A stretch of DNA of 64,000 nt from the NCBI GenBank assembly GCA_963700285.1, contig CAVOXA010000001.1, positions 1,408,001 to 1,472,000 of the forward strand, written 5' to 3'. Shown in pieces: positions 1-9,780 of this stretch (the stretch's first letter is position 1; each line of letters begins with the position of its first letter). Source of the DNA: an uncultured Chloroflexia bacterium. GTDB taxonomy: Bacteria > Chloroflexota > Anaerolineae > JAAYZQ01. The position numbers and the translations under genes are program-made. The notes beneath the pieces were generated by a model that made no database searches, was not told the origin of the DNA, and was given only the letters and a program-made list of their open reading frames with translations.

Positions 1-59
1 CGAGCTTTCTCTCAGCCACGAGTGTTCGTTCGAAACCACTGTATGCTGGCCAGCGTATC

Positions 60-1109
60 TCAGACATTGGCTTTGATGGATAGTTTGAGAGATCGCATGC
101 CCAGATCGCGCTCGACAATCTCGACTGCGGACTGCTGGTCGGCTTTGCTGCGGGCAACGAATTGAACTGAGCCATCGCCCTGGGAGCCAACCCCTTTGCC
201 ACCCCAAATGTAGGGCTCGAGGGGCTGGTAGTTCAGGACGCGATGGAGTACGGGAGCAGACAATTCCTCCGGGCAGGCCGGGATGGCGAACTCGTCGAAC
301 AGTGCCTGGGCGTCGACCATGAGCGCTCCCATGCGCTTGGCATCTCCATCCCGCAGAGCCTCGACGGCTTGGTGGACAATACGGTCATTGATCGGGCCCA
401 GGAGCGCCTGCACACCTCGGTCGATCTCATTCCTGGCCTGAGGATAGCAATGGTTCAATTGTTCCAGAATCCGCATGGTGTCCTTCTGTGCGTCCAGATC
501 GACGAGTACCAGATGCAAGTCTTGACCGACTTGTAGTGCTACCGTATCCAGTTCTTCGCCATCGAAGGTCATCAGAACAGGGCAGTTGCCAAAGGCGCAG
601 CCCTGATCCATGCGGCCGCATCGTGAAGGCGTTGTGATCTCACCCTGGTAGGCCAATTCCATCTCGTCGCGGACGGACAGTCCCAGATCATAGACGCGGT
701 TGAAGGCTCGTGCTGCCAGCACGCAGGCCGCTGCGCTGGACGAGAGCCCCTTCTTGATGGGTAGATCGGTTTTGTAGTTGTCGACTACCAGACCTCTAAC
801 GCCGTAATGGGTCAGCATCTGGTAGGCAGCACCGGCAACGTAGCTCCAGAATCTGCCCCGCTGCGCTTCCTCCAGCAACGCACCAGGCTCCATCGGAACC
901 TCATGCGGGCCACGCTTCTCGCCGCCAGGCATTGTAGCCGTGACGACTAATGCGCTGGGATGCGGCTCGACCTGGGCATAGATGCCTTGATCGGTGCCAC
1001 AGATGAGGGTGTAGCCCTTCTCGATGGATGGGTTCGCGGGCCGGTATCCTCCGGCCCAGTCCGAGTGTTCTCCAAACAGGCAGAGGCGCCCGGGGACAAA
1101 GAGATTCAT
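60..1109 (-). CDS. GHMP kinase family protein (galactokinase/mevalonate kinase-like sugar kinase)
   Basis: N-terminal PGRLCLFGEHSD, ATP loop PIKKGLSSSAA, CGRMDQ, C-terminal KGVGSQGDG; 349 aa. Confidence 0.85.
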   Translation of the reverse strand: MNLFVPGRLCLFGEHSDWAGGYRPANPSIEKGYTLICGTDQGIYAQVEPHPSALVVTATMPGGEKRGPHEVPMEPGALLEEAQRGRFWSYVAGAAYQMLTHYGVRGLVVDNYKTDLPIKKGLSSSAAACVLAARAFNRVYDLGLSVRDEMELAYQGEITTPSRCGRMDQGCAFGNCPVLMTFDGEELDTVALQVGQDLHLVLVDLDAQKDTMRILEQLNHCYPQARNEIDRGVQALLGPINDRIVHQAVEALRDGDAKRMGALMVDAQALFDEFAIPACPEELSAPVLHRVLNYQPLEPYIWGGKGVGSQGDGSVQFVARSKADQQSAVEIVERDLGMRSLKLSIKANV

Positions 1110-1124
1110 GAGGGGTCTCCTGGT

Positions 1125-2186
1125 TCAGTATGGTCGAGCGGTCTGGTATTGGCGAGGCCAGGTTACTTTTTGACCCAAGACGTGGGCAGCGTGCAGGGGC
1201 CAGTATGGATGCCGCAACAGTTCGCGGCCCAAGACTATCAGGTCGGCCCGGCTGTTGCGGATGATCTCGTCGGCCAGTTCAGGTGTCGTGATGAGCCCCA
1301 CTGCTGCCGTTGGTATGTCTGCCTCGCGTCGGATATGTTCAGCAAAAGGCACCTGATAGCCTGCACCGAGCCCTTCTGGACGTGTGGGCAGTGACCCGCC
1401 GGAGGAGCAGTCGATGAGATCTACGCTCAGGGCGCGCAGCTCCCGTGCCACAAGGACGACCTCGCCTGGCGTCAGACCCTTTTCTGGCGCGTGCAACTGC
1501 TCGGCCCAATCTGTGGCTGAAACGCGAACAAAGAGAGGCTTTTCCAGGGGCCAGACCTGTCGTATGGCCTCAGTCACCTGCAGCAAAAACCGCATGCGGT
1601 TCTCAAGAGATCCACCGTATTCATCCGTGCGGTGGTTCGAAATGGGCGAGAGAAATTCGTGGATCAGATAGCCGTGGGCTGCATGGATCTCGACCAGGTC
1701 AAAACCGGCGGCCAGGGCCCGCTGGGCAGCCGCTTTCCATCCGGCGATGATCTCGTCAATTTCCCCTGGCTCGAGTTCGACCGGCTCTTGCCAGCCCTCC
1801 TCGAAAGGCAGGGCGCTGGGGCCAACTGGAGGCTCGGGGCCCCAACCCTTGTCTGCGCTCCATGCCTTGCGCCCTGCGTGGGCGAGTTGGACGCCAATGG
1901 CCGCACCTTCTGCCTGAACCAACCGGACCATACGGGCCAGCGGCTCTACCTGCCCGTTGTCCCACAGGCCCAGGTCCCGCTGGCTGATGCGCCCGCGTGG
2001 CTCAACGGCCGTGGCCTCGGTGAGCAGCAGCCCACTTCCACCGATAGCGCGAGCCAGGTAGTGAGCCATGTGCCAATCTGTCGAGCACCCGTCGCTCTGG
2101 GCAGAGTTCATGACCATGGGGGCCATTACGATACGGTTACGAAGCTCAAGTCCCCGCAGGGCCAACGGTGAGAATAGCTGTGTCAT
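1125..2186 (-). CDS. NADH:flavin oxidoreductase, Old Yellow Enzyme family (YqjM/NamA-like)
   Basis: LRNRIVMAPM, QLAHAGRKA, EIHAAHGYLIHEFLSP, NHRTDEYGGSLENR, GRELLRHPYW; AAGGAG RBS before ATG 2186. Confidence 0.9.
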   Translation of the reverse strand: MTQLFSPLALRGLELRNRIVMAPMVMNSAQSDGCSTDWHMAHYLARAIGGSGLLLTEATAVEPRGRISQRDLGLWDNGQVEPLARMVRLVQAEGAAIGVQLAHAGRKAWSADKGWGPEPPVGPSALPFEEGWQEPVELEPGEIDEIIAGWKAAAQRALAAGFDLVEIHAAHGYLIHEFLSPISNHRTDEYGGSLENRMRFLLQVTEAIRQVWPLEKPLFVRVSATDWAEQLHAPEKGLTPGEVVLVARELRALSVDLIDCSSGGSLPTRPEGLGAGYQVPFAEHIRREADIPTAAVGLITTPELADEIIRNSRADLIVLGRELLRHPYWPLHAAHVLGQKVTWPRQYQTARPY

Positions 2187-2242
2187 GGTACTCTCCTTCA
2201 AGGTCATTCTTTGGGCAGCAGTACCGATCTGAGTCCGAGATC

Positions 2243-2875
2243 CTAGGTCAGGGCAGCCACACCGGCCACAAACTCGGCTTTTCCGCCCCTTGACGGGTGC
2301 CGGATGTATTGGGCATCCACGCCGATGGCAATCAAGGTCCGCTGTGCCACGCGGCCGATGGCGTAGGCTTGCGCATCAGGATACAGGGCAAGCAAGCATT
2401 TTAAGACTTGGCGCCCGTGATGCAAGTCCTGGCCCGGGGGCCGGTTGGTGAGTGGTCCCGACGGCCCACAAGGGTGCCATGGGAAGGCGTTCCACAAGAC
2501 GCAGTCCCTGCGCTCACCCAGGGTTTGCCATACCATCTTGGCCGATCTCTCGGCCCAGGGGCTGTCAGCTCTACTGCTGCGCGCCAGTTTCTTGCCCACC
2601 GTCCAGCTCAGGCGACCTGGACCGGCCAACTGTGCTTCTCCGGTGAAGGGGATGCCCGAGAAGCGACAACCCGCATAGCCTGCCGCCTCACCCACGAGCA
2701 CAAAGCGCACACCTGAGCGCTGATCAAAGGTCTCCAGGTAGCGTTTCAGGTTCTGCCGCCGAACCTCAGCACCAGTGGGTCTGTCCAACTCTGGGTGGAC
2801 ATCCCTATACTGGTTAAAGGCCAGGCTACTGCCAGCGTATTGGGTCAGTAGATGGAATAGCAGGTCGTACTTCAT
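2243..2875 (-). CDS. uracil-DNA glycosylase superfamily protein
   Basis: LVGEAAGYAG...SGIPFT motif A, WNAFPWHP, IRHPS motif B. Confidence 0.75.
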   Translation of the reverse strand: MKYDLLFHLLTQYAGSSLAFNQYRDVHPELDRPTGAEVRRQNLKRYLETFDQRSGVRFVLVGEAAGYAGCRFSGIPFTGEAQLAGPGRLSWTVGKKLARSSRADSPWAERSAKMVWQTLGERRDCVLWNAFPWHPCGPSGPLTNRPPGQDLHHGRQVLKCLLALYPDAQAYAIGRVAQRTLIAIGVDAQYIRHPSRGGKAEFVAGVAALT

Positions 2876-2946
2876 TGGCCGGAAGTCGCAATCGCCTCTT
2901 TCATGACAAGATTCTGGGACTGACCAGCAGGCGCGGGTAAGCAGGG

Positions 2947-4464
2947 CTACCTGGACGTCGCCGACTGGATAAAGGCCGCCAAGTCTCGCCCAAGTTGTAC
3001 CAGTGAAGGCTCGTGGACATACATCATGTGCCCTGCCTCATAGTGCCCCATTGAGATGTTTCCCTGCAGGCCGGTATCGATGCCCAAATGATTGAAAGTA
3101 AAGTGCGTGGCAAAGTAGGGCGTGGCCAAGTCATAGTAGCCGTTGGCCACAAACACCTTCAGAAAAGGATTCTTGGACATGGCCTCGCGCAGGATTTCGG
3201 CCACGTTCACATACTGGTTCTGATGCTCGTCGTAGCTCCAGGGCTGTACCCGGTCCGATATGATCTCATAAAGATGATCGCTCTCATATTCCAACTCAAC
3301 GCGCACATAGTCGTTGAGCATAGCTGTATAGGCGCCCTGTACCACTGCATAGCTGGGATCATACTCGTGCTTTTCACCGGCGGCATCCCGATCGATGCCC
3401 GTGAACCTGCTGTCAAATCGGCCCACGGTGCGGTGTTGGTTTCGCAGCAACTCTTTGACAAACCGGTGGATGTTGATCCTGAGATCGGTCTGCTCGATGT
3501 ATTCCTGGCTTAGCCCCGTGTACCGGGCCAGCTTTTCGACAACCTGCTTGCGTTCATCGCTCGTGAGGGCCGCACCCTTCATCAGGGCCAGGTTGTACTC
3601 ACCCAGGGCGAAGGCTTCCACTTCTGCCAGCGTGCTGAGGAGGTCTGCCTGCAAATCCTCAGGCAGCTTTCGGTGATACCAGGCGGTCGCGGCATAGGAT
3701 GGCAGGAACAAGACAAAGGGAAGATCGTTGCCTGGATAGAACCTGGCTGTCTGAAAGTTGAGGATCGTCGACACAAACGCGATACCATTGAGGTACATGC
3801 CATGCCGGTCCTGGAGATAACCCGAGAGGCCAGCAGCGCGTGTGGTCCCATAGCTCTCGCCGATGAGGAACTTGGGCGAAGACCAGCGCTTGTAGCGGGT
3901 TGTGTAGAGACGAATAAAGTCGCCCACGGACTCGATGTCGTTCTTGAATCCATGGAATTGGGTGGTCTTTTCACCGGGCACTGCCCGGCTGAAGCCAGTG
4001 CTCACCGGATCGATGAATACCAGATCTGTCTGATCCAAAAGCGATTGCTGATTATCGGTCAACCGGTAGGGTGGCGGCAAAGGCTCGTCATTTTCGTCCA
4101 TCGCCTGCACTCGCCGCGGGCCGAGAAGACCCAAGTGCAGCCACACCGAAGATGATCCTGGCCCGCCATTGAACGAAAACGCTATGGGACGCTCATGCCT
4201 GTAGGAGATCTCGTCTGCACCCTGGGGGGCATCCTTTGTGTAGGCGATAAAAAAGATCGAAGCCTTGGCTTTGTCACCCTTGGCCTTTTTGTCCTCTCCT
4301 TCCTCTTCCTGTTTGAGGATTAAGCTGCCTGCTGTTGCCGTATAGCGAATCTTTTCTCCACCGATGAGAATGGTGTGCCGGGTTTCCGAGATCCGTTCCT
4401 CGGGGACCTCGGTGGCGGTTTCCTGGGCCGCGGTTTCCTGGGTTTCCCCATCCTTCTTGGACAT
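2947..4464 (-). CDS. peptidase S10 (serine carboxypeptidase), no signal peptide
   Basis: FNGGPGSSS, FIDPVSTGFS, nucleophile GESYG, GYYDLATP, YEAGHMMY. Confidence 0.9.
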   Translation of the reverse strand: MSKKDGETQETAAQETATEVPEERISETRHTILIGGEKIRYTATAGSLILKQEEEGEDKKAKGDKAKASIFFIAYTKDAPQGADEISYRHERPIAFSFNGGPGSSSVWLHLGLLGPRRVQAMDENDEPLPPPYRLTDNQQSLLDQTDLVFIDPVSTGFSRAVPGEKTTQFHGFKNDIESVGDFIRLYTTRYKRWSSPKFLIGESYGTTRAAGLSGYLQDRHGMYLNGIAFVSTILNFQTARFYPGNDLPFVLFLPSYAATAWYHRKLPEDLQADLLSTLAEVEAFALGEYNLALMKGAALTSDERKQVVEKLARYTGLSQEYIEQTDLRINIHRFVKELLRNQHRTVGRFDSRFTGIDRDAAGEKHEYDPSYAVVQGAYTAMLNDYVRVELEYESDHLYEIISDRVQPWSYDEHQNQYVNVAEILREAMSKNPFLKVFVANGYYDLATPYFATHFTFNHLGIDTGLQGNISMGHYEAGHMMYVHEPSLVQLGRDLAAFIQSATSR

Positions 4465-4502
4465 TTTTAGCTCCTTCTCAGCTATTCACTTCTAACGCTT
4501 GA

Positions 4503-5252
4503 TCACGCCTGTTCATTTTCTGAGCGGGCGGACGCCATGCGGTTGGCGATCAATCCTGCCATCGCTCCGGCGCCAATCCCGTTGTCAATGTTGACTATGG
4601 CCATTCCCGGCGCGCAGCTCTGGAGCATTGAGAGAAGCGCTGCCTCGCCCTGGCCTCCATAGCCATAGCCAATGGATGTGGGCAAGCCCACGACGGGTAC
4701 GTCGACAAGGCCGGATACCACCGAGGGCAGCGCACCGTCCATGCCAGCAGCCACGATCAGAACATCGACCTGGACATCCTCCAGCAAGTGCTGAAGTGGT
4801 TCCCACAGGCGGTGGATGCCGGCCACGCCCACATCGTAGACTGTGAATACCTCGCAGCCCATCTCGCGGCAGAGTAGCGCCGACTCTTCTGCCCAGGGAA
4901 TGTCCGACGTTCCCGCCGTGATCACGCCCACGCGCCCACCCAAGCGGGCCGGTTCCTGGCCCTGGCGACGCAGGACCGCGGCCCTTGGAGCAGGAAACCA
5001 TTCCAACTGTGCCTCATCTGCAAACGCAGTTCGCAGGCGAGGTTCCAGTTCGGCTGGGACACGGCTCAGGATGGCCCGCCCGGTCGTCTCTAGAAAGCGT
5101 CTCGCTATCTCCAGGGATTGTTCGACCGTCTTTCGTTCTGCAATGATTACTTCGGGTACGCCCTTGCGCTCCTGGCGGTGAAAGTCTGGCCGAGCGGCGC
5201 TTGAGGCGCCCGCAGGTTCACTGGCGTATCGATTCTGATTCAAGCTCATCAT
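4503..5252 (-). CDS. larB: nickel-pincer cofactor biosynthesis protein LarB
   Basis: DFHRQERKGVPEV, AGTSD, DVGVAGIHRL, AGMDGALPSVVSG, PTSIGYG, SCAPG, VNIDNGIGA; overlaps the end of larE. Confidence 0.92.
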   Translation of the reverse strand: MMSLNQNRYASEPAGASSAARPDFHRQERKGVPEVIIAERKTVEQSLEIARRFLETTGRAILSRVPAELEPRLRTAFADEAQLEWFPAPRAAVLRRQGQEPARLGGRVGVITAGTSDIPWAEESALLCREMGCEVFTVYDVGVAGIHRLWEPLQHLLEDVQVDVLIVAAGMDGALPSVVSGLVDVPVVGLPTSIGYGYGGQGEAALLSMLQSCAPGMAIVNIDNGIGAGAMAGLIANRMASARSENEQA

Positions 5253-6090
5253 TTAGACTCCCCATGCGATAACCAGCCAAGTCCAAGGTGACATAACGGT
5301 AGCCCAGGCTGCGCAGTGCTTCGACAGCTGGGGCACGAACATCAGATTGGGTCAACCGTTCGATTTCCTCCGGTGGCACTTCCACGCGGGCTACGGGGTA
5401 ATGGTCCCGGACCCGGATCTGGCGTAGATTCCACAGTTCCCGAAGAGTTTCTTCGGCAACCTCGACACGGGCCAGACCTTGTGCAGTCAGTCGTGTGCCA
5501 TAGGGGAAGCGGCTGGCAAGGCAGGCGTTGGCTGGCCGGTCCCAGTTTGGCAGGCCCCGGGCCCTGGACAACGCGCGCACGGCAGCCTTGGTCAGTCCTG
5601 CCTCGCGCAAGGGTGCGCGCACGCCCAACTCCTCGGCAGCACGGCTGCCAGGGCGATAGTCTGCCACGTCGTCGGCGTTTTCGCCATGGATCAAGTGCGA
5701 TAGACCCTCGCTTCGAGCCACCTTCAGCAGGGCGTCAAAACGAGAGAACTTGCAGTGGTAGCAACGATCCGGTGGGTTGGCGACAATGCCGGGATTGTCC
5801 ATGTCGTCGCTGGGCAGCACGAGATGCCGGGCACCTAGCTTCGCTGCCAGCATGCGAGCTAGGTCTAGCTCGCCCCGTGGCGTCAGGGGCGAGTCAGCTG
5901 TCAGGGCCAGCACTCGATCGGCGCCCAGAACATCGATACAAGCGGCCAGGAGGTAGCTGCTGTCGGTGCCACCGGAGTAGGCCACGGCCGTGCTGCCCAG
6001 ATCCACGATGATTTCGCTAAGGCGCGCCAATTGCCCTTGGAGGGAGGGGGACAGGTTTCTGCCAGATGCATTCCGCAAGTCAGCACTCAT
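5218..6090 (-). CDS. larE: nickel-pincer sulfur transferase LarE
   Basis: PP-loop AYSGGTDS, NPPDRCYHCK, DYRPG, ACLASRFPYG, DLAGYRMGSLN; TGATG overlap with the upstream permease. Confidence 0.92.
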   Translation of the reverse strand: MSADLRNASGRNLSPSLQGQLARLSEIIVDLGSTAVAYSGGTDSSYLLAACIDVLGADRVLALTADSPLTPRGELDLARMLAAKLGARHLVLPSDDMDNPGIVANPPDRCYHCKFSRFDALLKVARSEGLSHLIHGENADDVADYRPGSRAAEELGVRAPLREAGLTKAAVRALSRARGLPNWDRPANACLASRFPYGTRLTAQGLARVEVAEETLRELWNLRQIRVRDHYPVARVEVPPEEIERLTQSDVRAPAVEALRSLGYRYVTLDLAGYRMGSLNDELESESIRQ

Positions 6091-6830
6091 CAATTCACCA
6101 CCAACCAGGGGCAGAATCGCCCTTGCAGGCGATCAACCGCAAAATAGAGAATCAAGCCCAGGAGGCTCATGGCCACCACCCCCGCGTACATCTCCGGATA
6201 GGCCAGACGGCCCCAGGTTTCTACAATGATATAGTAACCCAGACCAGAGTTGGTGGCAAATGACTCGGCGAAAAAGAGGACGGCAATGGCCGTGCCGATG
6301 CTTACCCGTAGTGAGGTCAGGACAGCGGGCAGACATGCTGGCAGATAGACGAAGCGAAAGATGGCCCGACGGCCAGCACCCAGCGAGCGTACCGAGGCGA
6401 TCAGTTCTGGGCGCAGGTTCGCGGCTTCGTCGCGGACTACGACCAGTATCTGGAAAAAAAGGATTAGGGCGATAATGAATATCTTGGATGCATTGCCGAT
6501 GCCCAGCAGGAGCAGGATGATGGGCAGGAACACGATCTTGGGAATGGGATAGAGGAGGTAGATTGCCGGTGCTGCCAGGCGGTCGGCCGTGGGACTGAGA
6601 CCCAGGGCCAGCCCTGCAGGTACGGCAACGACCACAGCTACCAGGATGCTGGCGACTACGCGCCCGGCGCTAACCGCGGTGTGGCGCCCCAGGTCTTTGG
6701 GCAACTCTGATACAAAGGCTGCCAGTACCTCCCATGGCAGCGGAAGGATCGGTTTGCTAAGGAACATCGAGGCCAGTTGCCAGACAACCAGCAGCCCAGC
6801 GATGGCCAGGATCAGATCGCGTTTGCGCAC
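6090..6830 (-). CDS. ABC transporter permease, NitT/TauT family
   Basis: Multiple TM segments, YPIPKI, EAA-like loop SVRSLGAGR, AESF. Confidence 0.88.
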   Translation of the reverse strand: MRKRDLILAIAGLLVVWQLASMFLSKPILPLPWEVLAAFVSELPKDLGRHTAVSAGRVVASILVAVVVAVPAGLALGLSPTADRLAAPAIYLLYPIPKIVFLPIILLLLGIGNASKIFIIALILFFQILVVVRDEAANLRPELIASVRSLGAGRRAIFRFVYLPACLPAVLTSLRVSIGTAIAVLFFAESFATNSGLGYYIIVETWGRLAYPEMYAGVVAMSLLGLILYFAVDRLQGRFCPWLVVN

Positions 6831-6978
6831 AGAAGGTCTCCCCTGGGTATTGCCCAGAACCGGGCTCGTACCATCGCATCGGGTTTGCCGACGTCCCTGG
6901 AACGACGGAGGCCGTGGCTTGGCCCATCGCTCAATCTAACTGTCAAGGGTCTGTGGCTCTCCAGAGCCGGGCAGGTTC

Positions 6979-7746
6979 TCATAGTAGCTCGCGGACTTTG
7001 TTGCAGCGCACCTGGAATATGGGTTGCTCGCGATAGTCTAGCTGGCCGGAGTCAGGGTTGTCGATGACCAGGGCCTCACGGTGGGGAGGCCGGCGCAACA
7101 CCAGCAGGCGCTGCCCCAGGTAGACAGCTTCCTCGATATTGTGCGTCACGACAACGGTTGTCACCCCCGTTTCGGCCCGAAGTTCTAGCGTCAACCTTTC
7201 CAGGTCCTCACGGGTCAAGGTGTCCAGGGACGAGAAGGGTTCATCCATCAGCAGCAGATCGGGGTTCATGATAAGTGTGCGCGCGATGGCCGTACGTTGG
7301 CGCTGGCCTCCAGAGATCTGAGCCGGATACTGGTCGCGCAGGTCAGCGATTCCCAATCGCGCCAGCCAAGAGTCTACCCGGTGGGCAATTTGCTTCTTTT
7401 GGAGGCGGTCGCCAGCAGGTGCGTGACGGCCATCTGGACCGTAGAAGCGACGAACAGTCAGCCCCAGCGCCGCGTTCTGGGCAACAGTGGCCCAGGGCAG
7501 CAGACCGTAATCTTGCAGGATGAGGCCGGTGCGAGGTCTGGGCCGTGTTAGAAGCTGGCTGCCAACCTGTATTGCTCCGCTTGCAGGCTGCCGCAGCCCA
7601 GCCAGCAGATAGAGCAGCGTCGATTTGCCGCAGCCCGAGGGCCCGATGACGGCCCATGCCTCGTCGGCTGCGGCGTGCCAACTGAATCCCTCAAACAGCG
7701 CTGGCTGATCAGGGTAGGCAAAGACCAGATCCTGGACGTCGATCAT
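6979..7746 (-). CDS. ABC transporter ATP-binding protein, NitT/TauT family
   Basis: Walker A GPSGCGKST, signature ISGGQRQR, Walker B LLMDEPFSSLD, VTHNIEEA. Confidence 0.92.
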   Translation of the reverse strand: MIDVQDLVFAYPDQPALFEGFSWHAAADEAWAVIGPSGCGKSTLLYLLAGLRQPASGAIQVGSQLLTRPRPRTGLILQDYGLLPWATVAQNAALGLTVRRFYGPDGRHAPAGDRLQKKQIAHRVDSWLARLGIADLRDQYPAQISGGQRQRTAIARTLIMNPDLLLMDEPFSSLDTLTREDLERLTLELRAETGVTTVVVTHNIEEAVYLGQRLLVLRRPPHREALVIDNPDSGQLDYREQPIFQVRCNKVRELL

Positions 7747-7807
7747 GAGGAGAGCCGCAACCGGACGGATAGGCGAGCAAGCGCTGACAGCATCTACGTG
7801 TCTGCTT

Positions 7808-8725
7808 TCACAGTACGATACCAATGGAGAAAAGGATGCTGAAGAGGAGGTCAAGGGTTGCTGTGCCTGCCAAGGCTTTGTTCAGAGGCGCACCATCGAC
7901 GGTCCGGTAAATGGTGCGTACCAGTCTCACCGCCAGCGGGATAGTCAACCATGGGAGCAGCACCCAGGTCGATGCCAAGTCTGTGACCCAGAGCACCATG
8001 GGGACAGCCAAGGCTGCGGCCAGGAGCGCCACGTATTCGATGCGGGTGGCCTGCGGGCCGATCCTGACCGCCAAGGTGCGTTTACCTGCCTGCCTGTCGG
8101 TATCGATGTCTCGCAGGTTATTCACCACCAGGATCGCTGTAGTCAGCGCGCCGATGGGGACGGCAGCGAGGAACACCCAGGGTTCCATGCTGAGCACCTG
8201 TATATAGTAGGTTCCACAGACGCCAGCCAGTCCAAAGAAGACAAAGACAAACAGGTCACCGAGACCGTGATAGCCTATGGGAAAGGGCCCGCCGGTGTAG
8301 GCTACGGCCGAGATCAGGGAGGCAATGCCCACCACGAGGATTGGCCAGCCTCCAATAAGGATGAGATATAGCCCGACCAGGGCGGCAAGTGCAAAAGTGA
8401 TGGCCATACCGGTACGAAGTTGGGGCAGTGAGATCAGTCCACTTTGGGCTACCCTGGTTGGTCCTTTGCGCCCGGCCGTGTCGGCTCCCTGGACGTAGTC
8501 AAAATAGTCATTGGCCAGATTGGTGCCGATCTGGATGAGCAGTGCAGCCACCAGCGTGGCTAGCGCGGGCAAAGGCGAGAAAGCACCGTTCGACCAGGCC
8601 AGGGCGGTCCCGACCAGCACGGGCGCAACGGCTGCCGGCAGTGTTTTGGGGCGAATAGCCATCAGCCAGGCCTGCCCCTGCCCCGGGGAGATCGCTTCCG
8701 AATGAGTCATTTGACGGTCTTTCAC
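7808..8725 (-). CDS. menA: 1,4-dihydroxy-2-naphthoate polyprenyltransferase
   Basis: AIRPKTLPA, NLANDYFD, GPTR, YTGGPFPIGYHGLGD, NNLRDIDTDRQAGKRTLAVR; alternative start ATG 8710. Confidence 0.92.
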   Translation of the reverse strand: MKDRQMTHSEAISPGQGQAWLMAIRPKTLPAAVAPVLVGTALAWSNGAFSPLPALATLVAALLIQIGTNLANDYFDYVQGADTAGRKGPTRVAQSGLISLPQLRTGMAITFALAALVGLYLILIGGWPILVVGIASLISAVAYTGGPFPIGYHGLGDLFVFVFFGLAGVCGTYYIQVLSMEPWVFLAAVPIGALTTAILVVNNLRDIDTDRQAGKRTLAVRIGPQATRIEYVALLAAALAVPMVLWVTDLASTWVLLPWLTIPLAVRLVRTIYRTVDGAPLNKALAGTATLDLLFSILFSIGIVL

Positions 8726-8757
8726 GTTTGGTTCAACGGAGGTAGCTATCTTCCACC

Positions 8758-9780
8758 TCAGGGGAGGTAGCTGTCATCTACCATCCGCTCGTAGGGAATG
8801 TCTTCCCCGATAAGGCCCATGTCCAGGGCCCAGCTTACCACGTCGGCCAATTGCTCGGGGGTTGGCACGCTGGCTTCTGGGAAAGGCGGCATTTGGTAGG
8901 TGCCCTGGATCGACTCCGGCACTCGCCCTTTCTCTATGAGCAATGCCTTGTATTCCTCGGGGTTGTTGTTCAACTCGGCCACGGCCATCTCCCATGCCTT
9001 CAGGAACTTGCGTATAGCCTCTGGCTTGCCCTCCAGAGACTCGGTGCTGAAGGCGAGGATAGATTGCGAGAGTTCGGGCACCGAAGTATCATCCACGATG
9101 AGTACCGCCCCCGCAGCCATGGCTCCGGAAGCCAAGGGATCGGGCAGCGTGGCGGCCGGGATCTCGCCATTGATCAGCAGCTCAAAGCGCACGGGGATGG
9201 CACTCACCTCCTGGGTAGCGATCTTGTCGGAGGGGACCCCAGCATTCTCCATCATCCGGTCGGTAATGTACTCGATAACCGTGTTCTGGGCGCTGCCAAT
9301 GGCTACACCCGCCAGGTCTAAGGGGGAAGTGGCTGTACTGCCAGGGGCGGCCAGAGTACGGAACAGCGGTGAATTAGGGTAGACCCTACGCGCGGTGCGG
9401 ACTGCCTTGACCTGAGCCTCGTCCTGATTAAAGAGCACCGGGGAGAGCAGGTCCGTGAGCATGCCATCGACCTGGCCCGTCTGCATCAGCGTATCGCGCT
9501 CTTGTCCGCTCTTGACGGGCACCAATTCAACCTGCACGCCAACTTGCTCAAAATAGCCGTTCTGCTGGGCAACGTGAAAGGGTAGGACATCCTGGACCGG
9601 TAGCAGGGCCATCTTGAGCACCTGGAGGCCGCCCGCTGAATCCGGGGCAGACAGTGGTGACTGCGTCGTGCCGGCATCCGCCTCGGGGCCGGTGGCTGGT
9701 TCCTGGCCTCCGCAGCTAGCCAGAATCAAGGTCACGATGACCAAGACTGGCGGTACCATCCAGCACATGCGTTTGCTCAC
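8758..9780 (-). CDS. ABC transporter substrate-binding lipoprotein (NMT1/TauA-like)
   Basis: Lipobox LASC after a hydrophobic stretch, LPFHVAQQNGYF, ATLPDPLAS; upstream GAGGAGG. Confidence 0.85.
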   Translation of the reverse strand: MSKRMCWMVPPVLVIVTLILASCGGQEPATGPEADAGTTQSPLSAPDSAGGLQVLKMALLPVQDVLPFHVAQQNGYFEQVGVQVELVPVKSGQERDTLMQTGQVDGMLTDLLSPVLFNQDEAQVKAVRTARRVYPNSPLFRTLAAPGSTATSPLDLAGVAIGSAQNTVIEYITDRMMENAGVPSDKIATQEVSAIPVRFELLINGEIPAATLPDPLASGAMAAGAVLIVDDTSVPELSQSILAFSTESLEGKPEAIRKFLKAWEMAVAELNNNPEEYKALLIEKGRVPESIQGTYQMPPFPEASVPTPEQLADVVSWALDMGLIGEDIPYERMVDDSYLP

